A stretch of DNA of 28,360 nucleotides from a virus. The stretch lies in IMG/VR virus record IMGVR_UViG_3300009371_000232; one strand, written 5' to 3'. Every line of letters begins with the position of its first letter. Position 1 is the stretch's first letter. Both the position numbers and the translations under genes were made by a program. Shown here piece after piece: positions 21,110 to 28,360 of this stretch. The notes under the pieces were generated by a model. It was not told the origin of the DNA. It did no database searches and saw nothing but the letters and a program-made list of their open reading frames with translations.

Positions 21110-21586
21110 GTGGGACGCAAGCACACAGATGAGCAGGTCAGGCAGCGGCGCGATGTCGTTGAGGCCCTACTGGTCAAGGGTGACTGGACGCTGAGACGGC
21201 AAGCCCAGGTAGCCGAGCAATTCAACGTCACACCGGTCCAGGTGCGCCACGATGCGGCCAAGATTCGGCGCGAGTGGGCAGGCCAGGAACAAGAGCAGAG
21301 CCCCGATGAGTTGCGTGCAGACTGGCGACAGCGGGTGCTGGCCACCATCAACCAGGCGATGGAGTTGGGCCACACCACGACGGTCGCACGGCTATTGGCT
21401 ACCGAGGCGCGGGTACTGGGCATCGAGAGCCCGACCCAGGTGGACATCCGCGCCCAGGTCCACACGATTGCAGACGCGCCACGACTGGCCGCAGACTTAC
21501 TCCAGGCGCTACCGGCCGCATGTGAGTTGTTGGGGGTTGATGCTCCCGCCCTGCCGGACTTCGAGTTGGAGGATGATGATGGGTGA
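21110..21586 (+). CDS. Terminase small subunit (HTH-containing, assigned mainly by position).
   Basis: GTG 21110 is the first possible start after the in-frame TAA at 21098-21100. The N-terminal HTH is WTLRRQAQVAEQFNVTPVQVRHDAAKIRRE and the C-terminus is acidic. It is the first gene of the packaging cluster. Confidence 0.5.
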   Translation: MGRKHTDEQVRQRRDVVEALLVKGDWTLRRQAQVAEQFNVTPVQVRHDAAKIRREWAGQEQEQSPDELRADWRQRVLATINQAMELGHTTTVARLLATEARVLGIESPTQVDIRAQVHTIADAPRLAADLLQALPAACELLGVDAPALPDFELEDDDG

Positions 21587-21944
21587 TGACATGAAACAGG
21601 AGTGGCGCGATGTGATCGGCTACGTGGCAAAGGTCGGAGGGGCCACGTTCGCAGAGTTGGAGAACCGGTTCGAATGGCTGGGCGGCGGGAACCAGGAGCT
21701 AATTCTAACAGGGCCCAATCTGTTGATGTGGACGGGGCTGAGTGCAGAGGGTGTTGCGTTCTACATGGATCGAGGGGTCAGGGACCAACTGGAGCCATCG
21801 GCGTGTAGCTGGCTGCTGTATGCCGACGATGGCAAGATGCTGAGGATGCCGATCGCCAAGAGGCCACCAAAGGGCGGCTACAAGAAGCAGAGGTGGGTTC
21901 CAACGATGCTGAGTGTGCGGGATGGAATGACCGATGCCAAGTAA
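21579..21944 (+). CDS. Hypothetical protein. The start is uncertain, with ATGs at 21573, 21576, 21579 and 21591.
   Basis: This is the in-frame distal part of track ORF 21252..21944. GGAGGA (21567-21572) lies 6 nt before ATG 21579. No motif recognised. Confidence 0.5.
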   Translation: MGDDMKQEWRDVIGYVAKVGGATFAELENRFEWLGGGNQELILTGPNLLMWTGLSAEGVAFYMDRGVRDQLEPSACSWLLYADDGKMLRMPIAKRPPKGGYKKQRWVPTMLSVRDGMTDAK

Positions 21945-23154
21945 GCAGAAACCAGAAGCGGCGGCAGTGTGGATGCCGATCGGTGATCTGACCCCATGGG
22001 CAGACAATCCACGCGACAACGCGGCAGCCGTGCCCGAGGTCGCCAAGAGCATCACGCGGTTCGGGTTCGCATCGCCCATCATCGCACGGCCCATCGAGGG
22101 CGGGTTCGAGATCATCGCAGGCCACACACGGCACCAGGCGGCCCTGTCGTTGGGCCTGGACCGGGTGCCGGTGCGGGTGATGGACTTGGACCCCACAGAT
22201 GCGAAGCTGCTGGCCCTGGCGGATAACAAGGTGGGCGAGATTGCTACCTGGTCGGATGGGCTGGGTGATCTACTGCGGGAGTTGGAGGCCGATGGCATCG
22301 ACCTGGACGGGCTGGGCTTCGGTGATGATGAGTTGACCGAGCTATTGGCACCGCTTCCCATCGAGCCCGACGGCACCGAGGACGATGTGCCAGACGTTCA
22401 AGAGGATGTCCACAGTCAGACCGGCGAGGTGTACGAGTTGGGCCCGCACCGGCTGGCGTGCGGTGACTGCACAGACCCGGCGGTGTGGGATGCTGTGGTC
22501 GGTGATGACCGGCTGCGGTGCGTGTGGACTGACCCGCCTTATGGGGTGTCCTACGTGGGCAAGACAGCCGATGCCTTGACCATCGACAATGACGCCATGA
22601 CTCCAGAGGACACGGCTGCGCTGTGGTCGGATGCCTTCGCCCAGTTGCAGCGGGTCAGCGAGCCGGGCGCGGCGTGGTATGCCTCTGCCCCGGCGGGGCA
22701 GATATTCTGGCATCTCGGCCAGGTGCTGGAGGGCTTCGGATGGAGGCGCACCCTGGTCTGGGTCAAGGATAGATTCGTGATGGGCCGTGGCGACTACCAC
22801 TATCGGCACGAGCCCATCTTCCACGGATGGTTCGATGGGGCCGCCAGGCTCCACCCGGTGCCCCGCACCGTTGACACTGTGCTGGAGTGCAAGCGTCCAG
22901 GCGCATCCAAGGAACACCCGACCATGAAGCCGGTTGATCTGATCCGGCCAATGATTGAGAACAGCAGCGGCCCCGGCTGGATGGTCGGTGATCCGTTCGG
23001 CGGCAGCGGGTCAACGCTGATAGCGTGCGCCATGACTGGGCGGGTGGGCCGTCTGATCGAGTTGGACCCACGATACTGCGATGTGATCCGGCGGCGGTGG
23101 ACACGGTGGGCCATCGATCACAACCAAGATCCAGGCCCCGGTGCGCTGGAGTGA
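21934..23154 (+). CDS. ParB-like nuclease domain fused to a DNA N6-adenine (beta-class) methyltransferase.
   Basis: The N-terminus IGDLTPWADNPRDN...IIAGHTRHQAA is ParB/Srx-like. TDPPYG (motif IV) precedes VGDPFGGSGSTLIAC (motif I). Confidence 0.8.
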   Translation: MPSKQKPEAAAVWMPIGDLTPWADNPRDNAAAVPEVAKSITRFGFASPIIARPIEGGFEIIAGHTRHQAALSLGLDRVPVRVMDLDPTDAKLLALADNKVGEIATWSDGLGDLLRELEADGIDLDGLGFGDDELTELLAPLPIEPDGTEDDVPDVQEDVHSQTGEVYELGPHRLACGDCTDPAVWDAVVGDDRLRCVWTDPPYGVSYVGKTADALTIDNDAMTPEDTAALWSDAFAQLQRVSEPGAAWYASAPAGQIFWHLGQVLEGFGWRRTLVWVKDRFVMGRGDYHYRHEPIFHGWFDGAARLHPVPRTVDTVLECKRPGASKEHPTMKPVDLIRPMIENSSGPGWMVGDPFGGSGSTLIACAMTGRVGRLIELDPRYCDVIRRRWTRWAIDHNQDPGPGALE

Positions 23155-24536
23155 ACACCGCCGAGCAGGTCATAGCAGCGGCCCCGGCGATCGAGGCACT
23201 GGCACAACTGAGGGCCGACAACCCGCTTGCATTCGCTACCCTGTGGCACAACGAGGCACCACGGACCAGCCAACGGGCACCGCTGCAACGGCCCGGCCTG
23301 GACGCCATACTCGCGGCGGGTGGCAACGGTTCAGGCAAGACCGAGTTGGGCGGCATGGCATCGTGCGCCGTGGCGATGGGGAGGGGTCACCCGGCCGTGC
23401 AGATGTGGCTGAAGCGCAACCAGCTTGACCCGTCTCTGATACCCCCGAAGCCGGGCATGGTCCTGGCGTCCAGCCTGAACAGCACGATGTCGATCAACGT
23501 GCAGCGGCCAGCGGTGGAGCGATACGCCCCAGCGGGCACCGAGTGGCGGAACCGCGACGGGGCAGGTTTCAGCGAGGCCCGATTCCCAGGGGGCGGAAAG
23601 GTCCGGTTTCTGACCAACGATGCCGGCCGCAGAGCTATGCAGGGCTACACCGGACACATGCTGTGGCTGGACGAGGAACACGATCAAGACATCTTCAACG
23701 AGGGTATGCAGCGGCTGACCCGTGCCCAGTGGGAGGACCGAAGCGGGTGGGCCATCCTGACCATGACGCCCCTCAAGGGCTTCACATGGGTTCACAAGCG
23801 GTTCATCGGAGACCCTGACGAGGGCTCGGCGGTGTTCTTCCTGCACGGCGGTGACAACCCACACATCGACCAGGCGAAGCGTGCAAGGCTGCTACGGTCG
23901 GTCAATGCTGGAGAGCGGGCAGCCCGAGACCGTGGCGAGTTTACCCAGATGGAAGGGCGGATCTTCACCGAGTGGGCACGGCACAGCCACGTGGTCAAAT
24001 CGTTCGAGGTTCCCCCACACTGGCCGTTGTACGCTGGGTGGGACTTCGGTACTCGCGCACCCACAGCGATCGTCCTGTGCGCCCTGGACCCTGCCGACGA
24101 TACCCTGCACTGCATCGATGAGGTCTACCAGGCAGAGCACACCACCAAACAGAACGCGGCGGCATATCGGCGGATGCTGGCGGGGCGTGAGGTGGAGTGG
24201 TTGGTGTGCGATCCAGAGGACAAGGGCAGTCGGTTAGCACTGGGGCGCGAGCACGGCATCGCCAACATCGCGGCCAAGAAGGGGCCGGGCTCCGTCCGAA
24301 AGGGCATCAACGACATCAGCGAGCGCCTGGCCATCAGCGAGATCAGCGGCCGTCCTGCACTGGTTGTGCATGACCGATGCACCAACCTGATCCGCGAGAT
24401 CGAGGGCTACGTGTGGGCACCCACGACCAGCGGCGAGGTCAAAGACGCACCGGCACCACGGCAGGCAGATCACGCCATCGACGCCTTGAGATACGCGGTG
24501 ATGCGGCTGGCACGGTCCACATTCGCCATCGGTTAG
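23151..24536 (+). CDS. terL: Terminase large subunit.
   Basis: GTG 23151 overlaps the upstream stop (GTGA). Walker A is GGNGSGKT and Walker B is MLWLDEEHD. The C-terminal nuclease-type motifs are GWDFG, VCDPEDKG and DHAIDALRYAV. The upstream part of track ORF 23025 is out-of-frame overlap with the methyltransferase gene. Confidence 0.85.
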   Translation: MNTAEQVIAAAPAIEALAQLRADNPLAFATLWHNEAPRTSQRAPLQRPGLDAILAAGGNGSGKTELGGMASCAVAMGRGHPAVQMWLKRNQLDPSLIPPKPGMVLASSLNSTMSINVQRPAVERYAPAGTEWRNRDGAGFSEARFPGGGKVRFLTNDAGRRAMQGYTGHMLWLDEEHDQDIFNEGMQRLTRAQWEDRSGWAILTMTPLKGFTWVHKRFIGDPDEGSAVFFLHGGDNPHIDQAKRARLLRSVNAGERAARDRGEFTQMEGRIFTEWARHSHVVKSFEVPPHWPLYAGWDFGTRAPTAIVLCALDPADDTLHCIDEVYQAEHTTKQNAAAYRRMLAGREVEWLVCDPEDKGSRLALGREHGIANIAAKKGPGSVRKGINDISERLAISEISGRPALVVHDRCTNLIREIEGYVWAPTTSGEVKDAPAPRQADHAIDALRYAVMRLARSTFAIG

Positions 24537-24626
24537 CCGGCGTTCGACCGGCACAATCAGAGCAAAACTAAAGAATCTAAAAAAAAGAAATAGTCAAAAC
24601 GCCCGAAACCCGGTAGGCTTGACCCG

Positions 24627-26693
24627 ATGGGCAAAGCTGATCTCGCTATCCGTGGCGGCTGGTTTCCGCGCCTGCTCAGGGCGTTGAGGCTGGTTGACGT
24701 GCGTGAGGACGGGACCACCACCCACATCGCCGGGTCTGACTTCATCGGTGATATGGCATCGCCCCGCCAGTATGCGGCGATCAACAGCATGTCGGCGATG
24801 TCTGCGTTCCCATGGGTCCGCGCCTGCGTGGAAGCCATCAGCAGCGATCTCACCAAGGTGCCCGTAAGGGTGATCCGTGGGCGCGGTGCCGATGCTGAGC
24901 CCATCGATGACCACCCAGTGCTGGACCTGTTGGAACGCCCGAGCAGCACCATGCCCGGCGTTTTGCTGAGGCGTCAGTTGATCGTGGACATGGTGTTGAC
25001 CGGTGACGCCTTCCTGCTGGTCGCGGGTGCCGATGAGCCCCGTGCATTGATCAGGCTCCACCCGGAGCGGGTGCGGGTCATACCGTCCGACGATGGACAG
25101 ATCCAGGGCTATGAATTCAGCGGTGCGGGCACGACCCAGCGCTATACATTCGAGCAGGTGCTCCACATCCGGCTACCATCGTGGCAAGAAACCCCGGCGA
25201 TGTTGTACGGTACCGGGGCGATCGAGGCACTGCAACACGACCTGACTACCGACCTGGCGGCTGCGAAGCTGGCAGCGGCATCGGCATCGAACGGAATGCC
25301 GACCGGTATTATCAGCCCGTCCGATGATGGGATGTGGTCTGCCCAGCAGATCAAACTACTGCGCGAAGGGTTCGAAAAACAGCTTTCCAGCAAGTCCGGC
25401 GTGGTCCTGCTGGGTGCCGGTGTTGATTACAAGCAGTTGTCCATGACGATGCGAGACATGGAATACCAGAACACGCGCCTGATGGCCCGTGAAGCGGTGA
25501 TGGCCGCCTTCGGTATGGTCCCCACGAGAATCGGACTCCCAACAGCCTCATACGCCACCGCCGCCGCCCAGAATAAGCAATACTGGGAAGGGCTCCAGGG
25601 CCGCGCCACACTGATCGACGGCGAGCTAACCAGGCTGGCCCGCATGTTCCCCGACTCCGATGGCGTCCGGGTGGTGCATGACTTCAGCGAGGTTGATGCC
25701 CTGCAAGAGTCACGCACCGAGCGGGTCAATCGGGTTCAAAGTTGGTGGTTGATGGGGGTAGGGCTTTCCGAGGCTGCAGCCATGGAGGGGTTCGACCAAC
25801 TGGACGCAGCCGACATCCAGGCAGAGCCCGAGCCCGAGGCACCCACGGACCAAGCGGCGGGCCTGGCCAAGTGGCTTGTATACGATGGCGCTGGCGATAC
25901 CGTCACGACCGACCTGGACACCGAGGACGGGCGGGCGGCGGTGTGGCGCGGCTTCATCAAGAACATTCAAGGCCCAGCAGAACGCAAGATGGCGCTGAAC
26001 ATGCGGCGGTATCTGCGAGGACTGGCCGCCCGTATCGGGACCAGGCTCAAGGATGAGATGCCTTCAGCCAAGGGCGTCACCAGGGCGGTCGATGACAAGC
26101 TGCTATCGGCGGTGTTGGATGAGGTCTTCGAGCGTGAGCAGATCGGCCAGATGTTCCTGCCGATCTACAAATCCATGCTGAACAAGGCCATGGAGGAAGC
26201 GTACCGAAGCATTCGGGTGGATGAGTTGGTTGATGCCAATGCCATCCAAGCGGCGGCCAATGATGCCGTGATCAAGATGACCAGGCAGATCCAAGCCACG
26301 ACCAACAAGGCCGTTGCGGAAACGCTGCAAACGGGCTTCCAGCAAGGCGCCACACTGTCCGAGATACAGGGCAACCTGGTTCAGCAGTTCGCCTTCAGCC
26401 CCGCACGGGCGTTGACGATCGCACGCACCGAGGCAACACGTGTAAGCAATCAAGGCGCGGCGGATGCCTTCAGGCGTGCCGATGCCCTGGGCGTCAAGGT
26501 CCAGAAGCAGTGGCTGTCTGCGCGGGACAGTCTGGTCCGAGACACACACATAGCCTTGGACGGCCAGCCTCCAATTCCGGTGGGCGGTCGATTCGAGAGC
26601 AGTGGCGGCAGTGCCGATGTCCCCGGTGGATTCGGTGATCCTGCCGAGGACATCAATTGCCGCTGTTCAATTGTTGGAGTTGTAGCACGATGA
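24627..26693 (+). CDS. Portal protein (HK97-type) fused to a C-terminal MuF/SPP1 gp7-like head morphogenesis domain.
   Basis: The portal-like N-terminal two thirds include PVLDLLERPS...LRRQLIVDMVLTGDAFLL. The C-terminal ~240 aa carry ALTIARTEATRVSNQGA...WLSARDSLVRDTHIALDGQ...PAEDINCRCS, the MuF-domain hallmark. Confidence 0.8.
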   Translation: MGKADLAIRGGWFPRLLRALRLVDVREDGTTTHIAGSDFIGDMASPRQYAAINSMSAMSAFPWVRACVEAISSDLTKVPVRVIRGRGADAEPIDDHPVLDLLERPSSTMPGVLLRRQLIVDMVLTGDAFLLVAGADEPRALIRLHPERVRVIPSDDGQIQGYEFSGAGTTQRYTFEQVLHIRLPSWQETPAMLYGTGAIEALQHDLTTDLAAAKLAAASASNGMPTGIISPSDDGMWSAQQIKLLREGFEKQLSSKSGVVLLGAGVDYKQLSMTMRDMEYQNTRLMAREAVMAAFGMVPTRIGLPTASYATAAAQNKQYWEGLQGRATLIDGELTRLARMFPDSDGVRVVHDFSEVDALQESRTERVNRVQSWWLMGVGLSEAAAMEGFDQLDAADIQAEPEPEAPTDQAAGLAKWLVYDGAGDTVTTDLDTEDGRAAVWRGFIKNIQGPAERKMALNMRRYLRGLAARIGTRLKDEMPSAKGVTRAVDDKLLSAVLDEVFEREQIGQMFLPIYKSMLNKAMEEAYRSIRVDELVDANAIQAAANDAVIKMTRQIQATTNKAVAETLQTGFQQGATLSEIQGNLVQQFAFSPARALTIARTEATRVSNQGAADAFRRADALGVKVQKQWLSARDSLVRDTHIALDGQPPIPVGGRFESSGGSADVPGGFGDPAEDINCRCSIVGVVAR

Positions 26694-27409
26694 AACACGT
26701 ATTCAAGACCCTGATCTGCAAGGCCGAGCCCGGCGATGATGGCACCATCACAGCCATCGCATCCACACCAGATGTGGACCGCTACGGCGATGTCGTGGCC
26801 CCTTCGTGGGACCTGGCCAGCTTCCGAGCCAACCCGGTGATCATGCACGGCCACGACTACGAGGGCCCCGTGGTCGGGAAGGCCATCGAGATCGACCTGG
26901 TTGGCGACACGCTGATGATGCGGGTCAAGTTCGACGAGAGCGAATCCAACCCCGTCGGGCGGCGTCTGGGCAACCAGTACCGGGAAGGCTTCATGCAGGC
27001 GTTCAGTGTCGGCTTCAGCCCCGGCACAGCCACGCCCCGGTCGGACCTGCCGACCGACCATCCAGCCTACCAAGAGAAGGGCACCGGACAATTCTTCGAG
27101 AACAACGCCCTGCTGGAGGTCTCGGCGGTCGCGATACCAGCCAACCCCCACGCGCTCGCTGTGCGTGCGAAGCGGTGGCAGATCCCGACCGAGGCAGTGC
27201 CCGAGCTACGGGCGGCACCACCAGCACCACCAGCCGCCCCGGATGTCGAGACGCTGCGCACCATCGTGCGGGATGAGATCCTGGCGCTGATGGGCGAGAC
27301 CACCGATCCAGAGGTCCAGGCAGTCGTGGATGACTTCTGGACAGACAACGATTCACAAACCGCTGATGAGCCATCCGGCTTGGACGCGTTCTTCACACCG
27401 GGCGAGTAG
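26690..27409 (+). CDS. Prohead protease (HK97 family, S78-like).
   Basis: ATGA overlap with the portal stop. ITAIASTPDVDRYGDVVAPSWDLASFRANPVIMHGHDY matches the remembered HK97 protease N-terminal pattern. It lies between the portal and capsid genes. Confidence 0.75.
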   Translation: MKHVFKTLICKAEPGDDGTITAIASTPDVDRYGDVVAPSWDLASFRANPVIMHGHDYEGPVVGKAIEIDLVGDTLMMRVKFDESESNPVGRRLGNQYREGFMQAFSVGFSPGTATPRSDLPTDHPAYQEKGTGQFFENNALLEVSAVAIPANPHALAVRAKRWQIPTEAVPELRAAPPAPPAAPDVETLRTIVRDEILALMGETTDPEVQAVVDDFWTDNDSQTADEPSGLDAFFTPGE

Positions 27410-27437
27410 CCCAACCGTCCAACCGTAGGAGACTCAA

Positions 27438-28360
27438 ATGGACATCCAAAACAAAGCAGATGCACTTCAGGTGCTGTCCGAAATTACTTCCGAGCAGAAG
27501 CGACTCAAGGAAGCCAACCGCGACCTTAGTGAGAACCTGGAGGCCAAGGCCGCCGACCTCAAGGCAGTCCAACAAAAGTTGGCCGAGATGTCCGCACCCA
27601 AGGTGGTGACCGTCTCCGAGAAGGAAGCCACCCTGCGCAAGTTCGTTGGCGCCGATGGTAGCCTGGACGTTGCTGGCATGGCATCCGATGATGTTGACCG
27701 TGGCGAATGGCACAGCGAGTTTAAGCGGTTGATCGACGATCGCAACTTGGCCAAGCTGATGACCAAGAGCGGCAACGTGCCCAAGATGGACGCGAAGCTG
27801 AACATGCACATGGCATCAGCCCCGGTTGACGTTCGCCGTGCATTCTCCGACGCCGCTGGAGTTGGCGCCGAGTGGATCCCCGACCTGGTTCTGCCTGAGT
27901 TGGCTAAGCAATTGTATGTAGGCGGTGCGGTGGAAAGCCTCTTTCCAACCATCAACCTTCAGAGCAAGGAACTTCGTCTGCCCGTGCTGAACACCCAGGT
28001 TCGCCCCTATTACAAGAACGGCGCAACATGGGGAACCATCACTGCACAGGATGACGTGACAAGCCAAGTAAGCGTCACGGCCAAGTCATTCGGAAGCAGA
28101 ATTTCCGTCGATGAAGACGCCAGCGCTGATGCAATCACCGCCGGCCTCGACTTCGTAAGAAGTGCCCTTTCCGATGCCCTGAGCCACGCCGTTGAAGGGT
28201 GCATCCTGAACGGGGATGAAACCGCAGCACACCTGGACCTCAACACGACAGGATCACCGCGAGCATTCAACCCGGCATCACGCTGGAACGCCACCGGCAT
28301 CGGTGACGCTGACGATCACCGCCGAGCATTCGACGGGCTGCGAAGCCTGGCCAATGACGC
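27438..28360 (+). CDS. Major capsid protein, N-terminal part. It is open at the window end and continues at base 120 via the terminal overlap.
   Basis: GTAGGAG lies 7 nt upstream of ATG 27438. Hand translation gives MDIQNKADALQVLSEITSEQKRLKEANRDLSENLEAKAADLKAVQQKLAEM... (coiled-coil delta-like region), with no stop before 28360. Confidence 0.85.
   Translation, partial: MDIQNKADALQVLSEITSEQKRLKEANRDLSENLEAKAADLKAVQQKLAEMSAPKVVTVSEKEATLRKFVGADGSLDVAGMASDDVDRGEWHSEFKRLIDDRNLAKLMTKSGNVPKMDAKLNMHMASAPVDVRRAFSDAAGVGAEWIPDLVLPELAKQLYVGGAVESLFPTINLQSKELRLPVLNTQVRPYYKNGATWGTITAQDDVTSQVSVTAKSFGSRISVDEDASADAITAGLDFVRSALSDALSHAVEGCILNGDETAAHLDLNTTGSPRAFNPASRWNATGIGDADDHRRAFDGLRSLAND
28242..28360. repeat. 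Terminal overlap copy 2, identical to 1-119.
   Basis: 119/119 identity with the window start. Confidence 0.95.

Noticed and set aside
24536-24552. The GCCGG-N7-CCGGC hairpin after terL as an intrinsic terminator.
   Set aside because: The stem is only 5 bp and is followed by an A-rich rather than U-rich tract. The portal and head genes downstream must still be transcribed.
1-28360. Signs of a lysogeny or mobility module (integrase, excisionase, CI-type repressor with a divergent promoter, attP, transposase), tRNA genes, and toxin-antitoxin or reverse-transcriptase systems.
   Set aside because: No ORF shows recombinase or transposase motifs that I can recognise (no R-H-R-Y tyrosine-recombinase or serine-recombinase layout). 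All genes are co-directional, with no divergent regulatory switch. I saw no cloverleaf-like tRNA sequence by eye. This absence is based on visual inspection only and should be confirmed with profile searches and tRNAscan-SE.

Overview
The window is one complete, GC-rich genome of a tailed dsDNA phage (siphovirus-like tail module, HK97-type head module). Bases 1-119 recur exactly at 28242-28360. The unique unit is therefore 28,241 bp, circular or circularly permuted, and the major capsid gene is split by the linearisation point. All genes I can support (about 50) lie on the + strand. Order: capsid C-terminus, two Lys-tailed miniproteins, head-tail joining genes, a DUF2341-like protein, tail tube, chaperone pair, tape measure, tail tip and fibre-like genes (1-10985). 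Next come the lysis cassette (10982-12747) and a terminator plus sigma70-like promoter. An early arm of small unknown genes follows (12.9-16.4 kb), then ERF recombinase, wHTH/XRE regulators, RusA, a replication initiator carrying internal iterons, a G39P-like helicase loader and an XF1762-like gene (16.4-21.1 kb). A second promoter precedes TerS, a hypothetical gene, a ParB-domain DNA methyltransferase, TerL, a portal-MuF fusion, the prohead protease and the capsid N-terminus. I recognised no integrase, tRNA, CRISPR array or reverse transcriptase. All homology calls come from remembered motifs, not from searches. The most unusual signal is a reiterated ~45-nt intercistronic cassette in the early arm: stop codon, conserved spacer, UUCG or GCAA tetraloop hairpin, then an invariant 19-nt block ending in the start codon. 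Other points of interest: promoters placed so that the first start codon coincides with the predicted +1, and an ERF protein ending in an SSB-like FDDGLPF tip. Also notable are an ori-like iteron array inside the initiator gene, a gene cassette bracketed by 44-nt direct repeats, and a tail chaperone pair whose frames need +1 rather than -1 recoding.
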